Shown piece after piece: positions 19,857 through 31,165 of a DNA stretch of 64,000 nucleotides. Made by a program: the position numbers and the translations under genes. This stretch comes from Gammaproteobacteria bacterium (GTDB lineage Bacteria; Pseudomonadota; Gammaproteobacteria; Steroidobacterales; Steroidobacteraceae). Within the stretch, counting starts at the first letter, position 1. Every line of letters begins with the position of its first letter. The stretch is from NCBI GenBank assembly GCA_020029535.1, contig JAIBJM010000001.1, forward strand, positions 35,705 to 99,704, read 5' to 3'. Below the pieces are notes generated by a model. It was not told where the DNA came from. It did not search any database and saw only the letters and a list, made by a program, of their open reading frames with translations.

Positions 19857-21143
19857 ATGAATCTGAAACGATCGATAACCGCACTGCTGGCCTGTACCGG
19901 GCTGGCGGTTTCCGCGCTGACCAGCGCCGCGGAAGGAACCATCAAGGTGGGCGTGCTGCATTCGTTGTCGGGAACGATGGCGATCAGCGAAACCACGCTG
20001 AAAGACACCATCCTGATGATGATTGACGAGCAGAACAAGAAAGGTGGCCTGCTCGGCAAGAAGCTGGAAGCCGTGGTGGTGGACCCGGCCTCGAACTGGC
20101 CGCTGTTCGCCGAGAAGGCCGAGCAGTTGCTGGTGAAGGACAAGGTTTCGGTGGTGTTTGGCTGCTGGACCTCGGTGTCCCGCAAGTCGGTGCTGCCGGT
20201 GTTCGAGAAGAACAACGGCCTGCTGTTCTATCCGGTGCAGTACGAGGGTGAGGAGTCCTCGAAGAACGTGATCTACACCGGCGCAGCGCCGAACCAGCAG
20301 GCGATTCCCGCCGTCGACTACCTGATGAAGGATATCGGCGTGAAGCGCTGGGTGCTGGCCGGCACCGACTACGTGTATCCGCGCACCACCAACAAGATCC
20401 TCGAGGCCTATCTGCTGTCCAAGGGCGTCGCGCCCGCCGACATCATGATCAACTACACGCCGTTCGGCCATTCCGACTGGCAGAGCATCGTGGCGGACAT
20501 CAAGAAGTTCGGCTCGGCGGGCAAGAAGACCGCCGTCGTGTCGACCATCAACGGCGACGCCAACGTGCCCTTCTACAAGGAACTGGGCAACCAGAAGATC
20601 TCGGCCGAAAACATTCCGGTGGTGGCCTTCTCGGTGGGTGAAGAGGAGCTGTCGGGCCTCGACACCAAGCCGTTGGTCGGCCATCTGGCGGCCTGGAACT
20701 ACTTCATGAGCGTCAAGTCGCCGGTCAACGATGCCTGGATCAAGAAGTGGCACACGTTCACCAAGAACCCGAAGCGCACCTTCAACGATCCGATGGAAGC
20801 GCATGTGATCGGTTTCGAGCTGTGGGTGAAGGCGGTCGAGAAGGCCAAGACCACCGATGTCGAGAAAGTGATTGCAGCGTTGCCGGGCCTGTCGACGCCC
20901 AACCTCACAGGTGGCACGGCCACCATGCTGGCCAACCATCACATCACCAAGCCGGTGTACATCGGCGAAGTGCGTGGCGACGGCCAGTTCGATGTGGTGT
21001 GGAAGACCAGCAAGGAAGTGCCGGGCGATGCCTGGTCCGATTTCCTGCCGGCTTCGAAGGACATCCAGGCCGATTGGGTGACGTTGAAGTGCGGCAACTA
21101 CAACGGCAAGACCAAGGTATGCTCGGGTCAGAACTACAAGTGA
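19857..21143 (+). CDS. urtA: Urea ABC transporter substrate-binding protein
   Basis: Signal peptide then ...GTIKVGVLHSLSGTMAISETTLKD..., typical of UrtA. 428 aa. Confidence 0.92.
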   Translation: MNLKRSITALLACTGLAVSALTSAAEGTIKVGVLHSLSGTMAISETTLKDTILMMIDEQNKKGGLLGKKLEAVVVDPASNWPLFAEKAEQLLVKDKVSVVFGCWTSVSRKSVLPVFEKNNGLLFYPVQYEGEESSKNVIYTGAAPNQQAIPAVDYLMKDIGVKRWVLAGTDYVYPRTTNKILEAYLLSKGVAPADIMINYTPFGHSDWQSIVADIKKFGSAGKKTAVVSTINGDANVPFYKELGNQKISAENIPVVAFSVGEEELSGLDTKPLVGHLAAWNYFMSVKSPVNDAWIKKWHTFTKNPKRTFNDPMEAHVIGFELWVKAVEKAKTTDVEKVIAALPGLSTPNLTGGTATMLANHHITKPVYIGEVRGDGQFDVVWKTSKEVPGDAWSDFLPASKDIQADWVTLKCGNYNGKTKVCSGQNYK

Positions 21144-21178
21144 CGCGTTTGCGCTAGCTTGCGAGACGAGTGCGGTGA

Positions 21179-21206
21179 GCGACTCCGGCCGCCAGGCCGG
21201 AGTCGC
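21179..21206 (+). other. Intercistronic 12-bp stem-loop between urtA and urtB
   Basis: GCGACTCCGGCC (21179-21190), loop GCCA, GGCCGGAGTCGC (21195-21206). No U-tract follows. Confidence 0.5.
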
Positions 21207-21241
21207 CCGCCTGCAAGCGATGCTTCTTTCAGGGTGACCTT

Positions 21242-22903
21242 TTGCAGAAACTGATCCGGAACATCGCCGTGTCGCTGTGGCTGTTGCTGGCAGGCGCCGC
21301 CATGGCCCAGCAGCCGGCTCCGGAGCCGGCGCCGGTGATTGAAGCCGCTGCCGATCCGATGACCGCCGCACTGACGGCGCTGCCCGGCGCCAGTTATTCC
21401 GACAAGCAGCAGCTGGCGGTGCAACTCGCCGCCACCGGCACGCCACAGGCCCGCGCGCTGCTGCAGGCCTTGCTCGACGGCAATCTGTACGCACGCACTG
21501 CCGACCAGCGGGTGTTCATCGGTGCGTCCACTGACGATGTCATTGCGCTGACCGATCCGCGCACCGGCCAGAGCGCCGGCACCAGCAGCGAGGATGCGCT
21601 GGAGAAAATCGGTACCAACAATGCGCTGCGCCGCGCGCTGCGTGGCGCGCTGGCGCTGTTCGATCTCGCCAATCCCGATGCCGGCGCGCGGCTGGCAGCG
21701 GTGAAGGAAATCCTCGGCGGGCTCGACGATACGGCGGCGGCCATGTTGCGTGCACGATTGCCAGCCGAACCTGATGCGACGGTACGCAGGGAAATCAATC
21801 TCGGCCTCGCCCTGCACGATCTCGACAGCAGCGAGGCGCCGCGGCGGCTGGCCGGTGTGAAAGCACTGGTGGGCAGCCTCAATTCCGATGTCTACAACCG
21901 CCTCAAGGTGCTGACGGAGCAGGGCAGCGATGGCAGCTACACCGAGCCGGATGAAGCCATACGTTCGGCCGCACGGGCCTCGCTGGATTCGATCGAGAAC
22001 CGCCGCGTGCTGTACGGTGGCATCGAAACGCTGTTCTTCGGCCTGAGCCTGGGTTCGGTGCTGGTGCTGGCAGCCATTGGCCTGTCCATCACCTTCGGCG
22101 TCATGGGCATCATCAACATGGCACATGGCGAGCTGATGATGCTGGGCGCCTACACCACTTACGTGGTGCAGCAGGCCATGCCCAATCACATCGGTGCATC
22201 CATCATCGTGGCGATACCGGCGGCGTTCATCGTCTCGGCGCTGGCTGGCGTGGCGATCGAGCGCGGCATCGTGCGCTTCCTGTACGGCCGGCCGCTGGAA
22301 ACCCTGCTGGCCACCTTTGGCGTCAGTCTGGTGCTGCAGCAGGTGGTGCGCGACGTGTTCTCGGCCAACAACCGGCCGATCGAGACCCCGGCCTGGCTGG
22401 CCGGTTCGCTGCAGATCAACGAAGTGCTGTCCATCACCTGGGTGCGGCTGTACATCGTCTTCTTCACGCTGGCGGTGTTCGCGTTGTTGCTGCTGGTGCT
22501 GAAGCGCACGCGGCTGGGCCTGGAGGTGCGCGCCGTGTCGCAGAACCGGCCCATGGCGCGCGCCATGGGCATACGCACCGAATGGGTGGACGCGATGACC
22601 TTCGGCCTGGGTTCGGGCATCGCCGGCGTGGCTGGCGTGGCGTTGAGCCAGCTGACCAATGTGGGGCCCAATCTCGGCCAGTCGTACATCGTCGACTCCT
22701 TCATGGTGGTGGTGTTCGGCGGCGTCGCCAACCTGTGGGGCACGCTGGTAGGCGGCCTGTCGCTGGGCGTGTTCAACAAGATTCTCGAACCCTTTGCCGG
22801 CGCGGTGCTGGCCAAGATCCTGATGCTGGTGTTCCTGATCCTGTTCATTCAACGGCGGCCGCGCGGATTGTTTCCGCAGAAGGGCCGGGCGGCGGAGGGC
22901 TGA
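21242..22903 (+). CDS. urtB: Urea ABC transporter permease UrtB (long form with N-terminal periplasmic extension)
   Basis: TTG start, a signal-like N-terminus and a soluble stretch of about 240 aa. A HAAT-family permease core follows (...INMAHGELMMLGAY...). Confidence 0.88.
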   Translation: MQKLIRNIAVSLWLLLAGAAMAQQPAPEPAPVIEAAADPMTAALTALPGASYSDKQQLAVQLAATGTPQARALLQALLDGNLYARTADQRVFIGASTDDVIALTDPRTGQSAGTSSEDALEKIGTNNALRRALRGALALFDLANPDAGARLAAVKEILGGLDDTAAAMLRARLPAEPDATVRREINLGLALHDLDSSEAPRRLAGVKALVGSLNSDVYNRLKVLTEQGSDGSYTEPDEAIRSAARASLDSIENRRVLYGGIETLFFGLSLGSVLVLAAIGLSITFGVMGIINMAHGELMMLGAYTTYVVQQAMPNHIGASIIVAIPAAFIVSALAGVAIERGIVRFLYGRPLETLLATFGVSLVLQQVVRDVFSANNRPIETPAWLAGSLQINEVLSITWVRLYIVFFTLAVFALLLLVLKRTRLGLEVRAVSQNRPMARAMGIRTEWVDAMTFGLGSGIAGVAGVALSQLTNVGPNLGQSYIVDSFMVVVFGGVANLWGTLVGGLSLGVFNKILEPFAGAVLAKILMLVFLILFIQRRPRGLFPQKGRAAEG

Positions 22904-23979
22904 TGCGCGCCGATCGTGGTGGCAATGTGTTTCTCGGCGTGCTGCTGGCCGTGGCCATCCTGGTGCCGCTGCTGAATGTGCTGGTGCCCGAGAGCTCGCC
23001 GTTCCATATGTCCGGCTACACGGTCACGCTGCTGGGCAAGTATCTGACCTACGCCATGCTGGCCATTGCCGTCGATCTGGTGTGGGGCTACTGCGGCATC
23101 CTGAGCCTCGGCCACGCGGCCTTCTTCGCGCTGGGCGGCTATGCCATGGGCATGTACCTGATGCGCCAGATCGGCACGCGCGGTGTGTACGGCGATCCGG
23201 TGCTGCCGGACTTCATGGTGTTCCTGAACTGGAAGGAACTGCCCTGGTTCTGGCATGGCTTCGACCACTTCGGCTACGCCATGCTGATGGTGGTGCTGGT
23301 GCCGGGCCTGCTGGCGCTGGTGTTCGGCTGGTTCGCCTTCCGTTCGCGTGTCACCGGCGTGTACCTGTCCATCATCACGCAGGCGCTGACCTATGCGCTG
23401 ATGCTGGCCTTCTTCCGCAACGACATGGGTTTCGGCGGCAACAACGGCTTCACCGACTTCAAGGAGCTGCTGGGCTTCAACCTGCAGGCGCCGGGTACGC
23501 GCGCGGCGTTGTTCGTCTGCACCGCCGTCGCGCTGGGCGCCAGCTATCTGCTGTGCCGTTACGTCGTCTCCTCGCGTGCCGGCCGCGTGGTGGCCGCGGT
23601 GCGCGACGCCGAGAACCGCGCACGCTTCATCGGTTACAAGGTGGAGTCGTACAAGCTGTGGGTGTTCGTGTTCTCGGCGGTGCTGGCCGGCATTGCCGGC
23701 GCGCTGTACGTGCCGCAGGTGGGCATCATCAATCCCAGCGAATTTTCGCCGGTCAACTCCATCGAGGTGGTGATCTGGGTGGCCATCGGCGGGCGTGGCA
23801 CGCTGTATGGCGCGGTGGCCGGCGCGGTGCTGGTCAACTATGCCAAGACCTACTTCACCGCCGCGCTGCCCAGCTTCTGGCTGTACGCGCTGGGCGCACT
23901 GTTCGTGCTGGTGACGCTGTTCCTGCCGCGCGGTGTGGTCGGCGCCCTGGGTCGCTGGCGCAGCACGGTGCGCGCATGA
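22903..23979 (+). CDS. urtC: Urea ABC transporter permease UrtC
   Basis: The ATG overlaps the urtB TGA (ATGA). Polytopic HAAT-type permease (...GILSLGHAAFFALGGY...). Confidence 0.9.
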   Translation: MRADRGGNVFLGVLLAVAILVPLLNVLVPESSPFHMSGYTVTLLGKYLTYAMLAIAVDLVWGYCGILSLGHAAFFALGGYAMGMYLMRQIGTRGVYGDPVLPDFMVFLNWKELPWFWHGFDHFGYAMLMVVLVPGLLALVFGWFAFRSRVTGVYLSIITQALTYALMLAFFRNDMGFGGNNGFTDFKELLGFNLQAPGTRAALFVCTAVALGASYLLCRYVVSSRAGRVVAAVRDAENRARFIGYKVESYKLWVFVFSAVLAGIAGALYVPQVGIINPSEFSPVNSIEVVIWVAIGGRGTLYGAVAGAVLVNYAKTYFTAALPSFWLYALGALFVLVTLFLPRGVVGALGRWRSTVRA

Positions 23980-24836
23980 ACATGCGTTCCGTCATGCGCA
24001 AGCTCAGCGGCCGCTCGCGCAGCGTCAGCGGTCCGCGCTCGGGCCCGCTGCTGGCGACGCATGCGCCCGATGCCGGCCCGGATGCTTCGCGCGGCGTAAT
24101 GCTGTATCTGGAGGACATCACGGTCAGCTTCGATGGCTTCCGCGCGCTGAACGCGCTGACGCTGTATGTCGAAACGGGCGAGCTCCGCTGCATCATCGGG
24201 CCCAACGGCGCCGGCAAGACCACGATGATGGATGTGATCACCGGCAAGACCCGACCCGACACCGGCTCGGCCTGGTTCGGCCAGACCATCGACCTGCTCT
24301 CGCTCCACGAACCCGAGATCGCGCAGGCCGGCATCGGCCGCAAGTTCCAGAAGCCGACCGTGTTCGAGCAGCATACGGTGTTCGAAAACCTTGAGCTGGC
24401 CATGGCCGGCGACAAATCGGTGTGGAAGTGGCTGACCGCAAAACTGACGCCACAGCAGCTGGAACGCATTGACGAAGTGCTGACCACCATCGGCTTGACT
24501 GAACAGCGTCGCGCGCGCGCCGGTGCGCTGTCGCATGGCCAGAAGCAGTGGTTGGAGATCGGCATGCTGCTGATGCAGAACCCGCAGCTGCTGCTGGTGG
24601 ACGAACCGGTCGCCGGCATGACGCCGCAGGAGGTCGAGCGCACCGCCGCGCTGCTGACCTCGCTGGCCGGCAAGCACTCGGTGGTGGTGGTGGAGCACGA
24701 CATGGCCTTTGTGCGCACGCTGGCCGGCAGTCATGGCCGCGTCACCGTGTTGCACGAGGGCAGCGTGCTGGCCGAGGGCAGCATCGACGAGGTGCAGGCC
24801 AATCCCAAGGTCATCGAAGTGTATCTGGGCGAGTAG
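23976..24836 (+). CDS. urtD: Urea ABC transporter ATP-binding protein UrtD
   Basis: ATGA overlap with urtC. Walker A GPNGAGKTT, signature LSHGQKQWLEIG, Walker B LLLVDEP. An N-terminal extension of about 40 aa makes the exact start uncertain. Confidence 0.87.
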   Translation: MNMRSVMRKLSGRSRSVSGPRSGPLLATHAPDAGPDASRGVMLYLEDITVSFDGFRALNALTLYVETGELRCIIGPNGAGKTTMMDVITGKTRPDTGSAWFGQTIDLLSLHEPEIAQAGIGRKFQKPTVFEQHTVFENLELAMAGDKSVWKWLTAKLTPQQLERIDEVLTTIGLTEQRRARAGALSHGQKQWLEIGMLLMQNPQLLLVDEPVAGMTPQEVERTAALLTSLAGKHSVVVVEHDMAFVRTLAGSHGRVTVLHEGSVLAEGSIDEVQANPKVIEVYLGE

Positions 24837-24846
24837 ACGGACAGAC

Positions 24847-25542
24847 ATGCTGGAAATCAGATCACTCAACCAGTTCTACGGTGGCAGCCATATCCTCTGG
24901 GATGTGGACATGACGGTGCCTGGCGGTTCGGTCACCGTGCTGATGGGCCGCAATGGCATGGGCAAGACCACACTGCTGAAGTGCGTGATGGGTCTGTTAC
25001 CGCTGGCTTCGGGCCAGATGCGTTTCGAGGGTCGCGATCTGCGCGCCATGTCGGCCCCGGATCGTGCCCGTTCCGGCATCGGCTTCGTGCCGCAGGGTCG
25101 CGAGATCTTTTCGCAGCTCACCGTCGAGGAAAACCTGCGCGTGGGACTGGCCTCGCGCCGCACGCCGGCGCGCGCGGTGCCGGAACAGATCTACGAACTG
25201 TTTCCGGTTCTGAAACAGATGCTGCATCGTCGCGGCGGCGATCTGTCGGGCGGGCAGCAGCAGCAGCTGGCCATTGGCCGCGCGCTGGTGCTGGAGCCGC
25301 GATTGCTGATTCTTGACGAGCCCACCGAGGGTATTCAGCCTAATATCGTCAGCGAGATCGCCGAGGTGCTGATGCGTCTGAACCGTGACACCGGACTGAC
25401 CGTGCTGCTGGTGGAGCAGAAGCTGCCGTTCGCGCGTCGCGTGGCCAGCGAACTGCGCGTACTCGACAAGGGCCGACTGATGCTATCCGGTGGCATTGCC
25501 GATCTCACCGACGATCTGGTCAGGCAACATCTGAGCGTATGA
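24847..25542 (+). CDS. urtE: Urea ABC transporter ATP-binding protein UrtE
   Basis: GRNGMGKTT, LSGGQQQQLAIGRAL, LLILDEP. Confidence 0.9.
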   Translation: MLEIRSLNQFYGGSHILWDVDMTVPGGSVTVLMGRNGMGKTTLLKCVMGLLPLASGQMRFEGRDLRAMSAPDRARSGIGFVPQGREIFSQLTVEENLRVGLASRRTPARAVPEQIYELFPVLKQMLHRRGGDLSGGQQQQLAIGRALVLEPRLLILDEPTEGIQPNIVSEIAEVLMRLNRDTGLTVLLVEQKLPFARRVASELRVLDKGRLMLSGGIADLTDDLVRQHLSV

Positions 25543-26378
25543 GCGCGGCGGCCGCTTCGCCCACCCTACCTGTCGAGCCGCGTGGCTGGGAGGCGGCGCT
25601 GCAGCTGCGTTTCGCGCGCGACGGCCATGTCACCCGGCTGGTGGAACGTTCGCACCGCGGTCCACTGGTGGTGCAGCGGCCGTTCCATCCCGAGGGCGAT
25701 GTCTGCCACGTCTACGTGGTGCATCCGCCCGGCGGAGTGGTGGGTGGTGATCTGCTGCAGCTCACCGCTCAGCTCGAAGCCGGCGCGGCGGTATTGCTGA
25801 CCACGCCGGCGTCCGGCAAGTTCTATCGCAGCAACGGTGCGACCGCGACGCTGCAGCAGACGCTGGTGGCGCAGGATGGCGCGCTGGAATGGCTGCCGCA
25901 GGAAAATATTTTCTTTCCCGGTGCGCAGGCGCGCGTGAGTACCCGCGTACAGCTGCGCGGCGCCGCGCGCTTTCTCGGCTGGGAGGTAAGCTGCTTCGGA
26001 TTGCCGGCGCGCGATGAGCGCTTCGAGCAGGGCGAAGCCAGGCAGAGTCTTGAGCTGTGGCATGACGATCGTCCGCGGCTGATCGAGCGGCTGCGCGTCG
26101 ATGCGGCTGTGGCGCAAGCGCGCTGGGGTCTGGCCGGGCAGCCTGCTTGTGGTTCATTGCTGGCCTTTCCTGCCACGCCGGCGCTGCTGGAGCGGGCGCG
26201 TGCCGTTGAGTGTGGCGAGGTAACCGTGGCCTGCACGCTGGTGGATGGTGTGCTGGCCTGCCGTGGCATGGCGATGCGTGCAGATCTGCTGCGTGCAGCT
26301 TTCGTATCATTGTGGCAGGCGCTGCGACCGGCGCTGCTGCAGCGCGCGCCGGTACCGCCGCGCATCTGGGCCACCTGA
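25539..26378 (+). CDS. ureD: Urease accessory protein UreD
   Basis: 279 aa. ATGA overlap with urtE. It has the typical UreD start ...GWEAALQLRFARDG...VVQRPFHPEG..CHVYVVHPPGGVVGGD. Confidence 0.85.
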   Translation: MSAAAASPTLPVEPRGWEAALQLRFARDGHVTRLVERSHRGPLVVQRPFHPEGDVCHVYVVHPPGGVVGGDLLQLTAQLEAGAAVLLTTPASGKFYRSNGATATLQQTLVAQDGALEWLPQENIFFPGAQARVSTRVQLRGAARFLGWEVSCFGLPARDERFEQGEARQSLELWHDDRPRLIERLRVDAAVAQARWGLAGQPACGSLLAFPATPALLERARAVECGEVTVACTLVDGVLACRGMAMRADLLRAAFVSLWQALRPALLQRAPVPPRIWAT

Positions 26379-26393
26379 CATCGAGGAAGCATC

Positions 26394-26696
26394 GTGGAAC
26401 TGAGTCCGCGCGAGAAAGACAAGCTGTTGCTGTTCACGGCTGCGCTGGTGGCCGAGCGTCGCCGCGCGCGCGGCCTGAAACTGAACTATCCCGAGGCCGT
26501 GGCGTTCATTTCCGCCGCCATCATGGAAGGGGCGCGCGATGGCCGCACTGTCGCCGAGCTGATGAGTCATGGCACCACGCTGCTGAAGCGCGCCGATGTG
26601 ATGGAGGGCATACCCGAGCTGATTGCCGAGGTGCAGGTTGAAGCCACCTTTCCGGACGGTACCAAGCTGGTCACCGTCCATCATCCGATCACCTGA
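26394..26696 (+). CDS. ureA: Urease gamma subunit
   Basis: (GTG)[22 protein letters not shown]... is the canonical UreA sequence. 100 aa. Confidence 0.95.
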   Translation: MELSPREKDKLLLFTAALVAERRRARGLKLNYPEAVAFISAAIMEGARDGRTVAELMSHGTTLLKRADVMEGIPELIAEVQVEATFPDGTKLVTVHHPIT

Positions 26697-26703
26697 GGTG
26701 CGC

Positions 26704-27008
26704 ATGATTCCCGGTGAAATCATCACGCGCGAAGGCACGCTGGAACTGAACGCCGGCCGCGCCACGCGCAAGGTGCTGGTGGCCAATCGCGGCGACCGGC
26801 CGGTCCAGGTGGGCTCGCACTATCACTTCCACGAGACCAACCAGGCGCTGCAGTTCGACCGCGAAGCAGCGCGCGGCTTCCGGCTCAACATTGCGGCCGG
26901 CACCGCCGTGCGCTTTGAGCCCGGTCAGCAGCGTGAAGTGGAACTGGTCGAACTGGCCGGCGAGCGCGTCGTTTACGGCTTCCAGGGTCGCGTGATGGGG
27001 CCGCTCGA

Positions 27009-27012
<4 letters not shown>
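26704..27012 (+). CDS. ureB: Urease beta subunit
   Basis: [11 protein letters not shown]...[19 protein letters not shown]... is the canonical UreB sequence. Confidence 0.95.
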
Positions 27013-28711
<1,699 letters not shown>

Positions 28712-28712
<1 letters not shown>

Positions 28713-29170
28713 TGGTCACTCGCCTCACCAGCAAACTGCCGGCGCCGCGCAAGGCCGATGCACGGCTGGTGCTGCCCTTCGAATCGCGTTGCCGCAGCCG
28801 GCTGCGCGCCGAGCTGCCGGGCGGCGAAACCGTCGGCGTGATGCTGGAGCGCGGCCAGATGTTGCGCGGTGGCGATCAGCTGCTGGCCGAGGATGGCCGC
28901 GTCATCGAGATCGTCGCCGCCGATGAAACCGTGTCGGTGGTGCGCGCCGCCGACGGCGCCTCGCTGTTGCGCGCTGCCTACCACCTGGGCAATCGCCACG
29001 TGCCGCTGCAGATCGGCGCGGGCTGGCTGCGTTATCTGCACGATCACGTGCTCGATGACATGGTGGTTGGGCTGGGTTTCGAGGTGCGCGTCGAGCAGGC
29101 ACCGTTCGAACCCGAGGCCGGCGCCTACAGCGGTTCCCCCGGCGCGGCGCATCACCACCACGATCACTGA
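28712..29170 (+). CDS. ureE: Urease accessory metallochaperone UreE
   Basis: The ATG overlaps the ureC stop (TGATG). ...[13 protein letters not shown]... and a His-rich tail AAHHHHDH. Confidence 0.88.
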
Positions 29171-29185
29171 AGCACGCACCGCCGC

Positions 29186-29854
29186 GTGAAGCTCGACGCC
29201 GTACTGCGCCTGTGTCACCTGGTCAGCCCCGCGCTGCCCATCGGCGCCTATGCCTATTCGGCGGGATTCGAGCATGCCGTGCAGGCTGGCTGGGTGCGTG
29301 ATGAGGCCAGTGCGCTCGACTGGCTGCGCGGATTGTCGAGCCATTCCATTGCCACGCTGGATCTGCCGGTGCTGCTGCGGCTGCATCGCGCCTGGCGCGC
29401 GGGCGATGCCGACGCCGTGCAGCGCTGGAATGCGCAGCTCCATGCCAGCCGCGAGACTGCCGAGCTGCGCGCTGAAGATGTACATCTGGGTCGCTCGCTG
29501 GCCAAGGTACTCGCTGAGCTTGGCATTACCGAGGCGCTGCTGTGGCAGCAGGCCGATACGACGATGGCTGCCATGTTTGCGCTGGCCGCGGTGCGCTGGG
29601 AAATTGGTGAAGCCGAGATGGCCGGCGGATATCTGTGGGCCTGGAGCGAGAACCAGGTGCTGGCCGCCGTGAAGCTGGTGCCGCTGGGTCAGTCGGCCGG
29701 GCAGCGGCTGCTGCATGCGCTGCTGGCCGACATGCCCGGGCTGGTGGAGCGCGCGGCGTCAGTGGCCGATGCAGACATCTGCAGCAGTACGCTGTCGCAG
29801 GTGATCGGCAGTGCGGTGCATGAGACGCAGTATTCGCGGTTGTTCAGGTCGTAG
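29186..29854 (+). CDS. ureF: Urease accessory protein UreF
   Basis: GTG start. ...LVSPALPIGAYAYSAGFEHAV... is the typical UreF N-terminus. 222 aa. Confidence 0.88.
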   Translation: MKLDAVLRLCHLVSPALPIGAYAYSAGFEHAVQAGWVRDEASALDWLRGLSSHSIATLDLPVLLRLHRAWRAGDADAVQRWNAQLHASRETAELRAEDVHLGRSLAKVLAELGITEALLWQQADTTMAAMFALAAVRWEIGEAEMAGGYLWAWSENQVLAAVKLVPLGQSAGQRLLHALLADMPGLVERAASVADADICSSTLSQVIGSAVHETQYSRLFRS

Positions 29855-29876
29855 CACGATTCGCCGCCAGAGGGAA

Positions 29877-30185
29877 TCAGGGACTCGCTCGCTCCAAAGG
29901 TGCACGAAGCAGGGTGATGGCCTGCTCCGGGCAGGCACTGACGCACAGGCCGCAGGCCTCGCACAGCGAGTCGCTGACCAGCAGTGCCTGCTGCCACTTG
30001 TGCGCGCGCCCCTTCATCCTGCCGATGAAGCTGAGTCCGGTGCGCATGGACTCCGGCAAGGTCTTCACTTCAAAGACACCCACCGGGCAGACGCGCACGC
30101 AGTCGGCTTTGCCTTCGCAGCGGTTGCGGTCGATTACCGGTATGAACTCGCCGGGTTGCTGCTTGCATTCTGGTGCTGCCGACAA
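29877..30185 (-). CDS. 4Fe-4S ferredoxin-family protein
   Basis: Two cluster motifs: CEGKADCVRVCP and CEACGLCVSACP. Confidence 0.7.
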   Translation of the reverse strand: MSAAPECKQQPGEFIPVIDRNRCEGKADCVRVCPVGVFEVKTLPESMRTGLSFIGRMKGRAHKWQQALLVSDSLCEACGLCVSACPEQAITLLRAPLERASP

Positions 30186-30195
30186 GTGGATGCTC

Positions 30196-30726
30196 CTATT
30201 TATTCTTGTAGCGCTCGATGGCCGCCAGAATCATCTTCTTCGCTTCTTCCGCATCGCCCCAGCCGACCACCTTGACCCACTTGGTCGGTTCAAGGTCCTT
30301 GTAGTGCTCGAAGAAGTGCTGCACCTGGCGGATGGTGATCTCGGGGAGATCGGTGTAGTTGTGCACGTTCTCATAACGACGCGTCAGACGTGACACCGGC
30401 ACGGCAAGAATCTTCTCGTCGCCGCCGGCCTCGTCCTGCATCTTCAGCACGCCCACCGGACGTACCGCCATCACCGCGCCGGGAACGACACCGCGCTGAT
30501 TGGCCACGATCACATCGCAGGGATCGCCATCATCCGACAGCGTTTTCGGAATGAAACCGTAATTGCCCGGATAGCGCATCGACGTATAGAGGAAACGATC
30601 GACCACCAGCGCACCGGACGCCTTGTCCATCTCGTACTTGATGGGCTCGCCACCCACCGGCACCTCGACAACAACATTCACTTCATCGGGCGGATTGCGA
30701 CCAATCGACAGGGCATCGAGCTGCAC
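30196..30726 (-). CDS. ppa: Inorganic pyrophosphatase
   Basis: 176 aa. ...[17 protein letters not shown]..., YPGNYGFIP and DGDPCDV are canonical family I PPase motifs. Confidence 0.95.
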   Translation of the reverse strand: MQLDALSIGRNPPDEVNVVVEVPVGGEPIKYEMDKASGALVVDRFLYTSMRYPGNYGFIPKTLSDDGDPCDVIVANQRGVVPGAVMAVRPVGVLKMQDEAGGDEKILAVPVSRLTRRYENVHNYTDLPEITIRQVQHFFEHYKDLEPTKWVKVVGWGDAEEAKKMILAAIERYKNK

Positions 30727-31165
30727 GGGAACTCCTGGGGCAAAAAGAGCGGGGGTGCGGGCACTACAGCATTCTGGCCCGATGGCGTCAACGACTTGCG
30801 GGCGACCGGCGTGTTTTCGGGCGCGACTTCGCCAGCACTTCGGCCATGCGCGTCTGCCAACCCGGGCCGGAGGCCTGCCATGATGCCGTCAGTTCCGGCG
30901 CTTCATCCCTCGCTGGCGAGGCACGGCCAGATCCCTTTCGTTTCCCATTCATGACAATGCCTCATGCTGATGAGGCGTCTGGTTGCGCGCAAACTAATTG
31001 TATATACAGAAAGTATCAACACTCGGCAGGAATGTTGAGTGCCGGAACGCCTCTGCAATCACGAGCTTTCGTGACCGCTGTCTTCGGCCGTTCTACGGTG
31101 CAATACCGCGACGTCGTTCGGATCAGCTTTGCGAGGCGCCGCCTGCCGCGAGGGCACGCGCAGCG

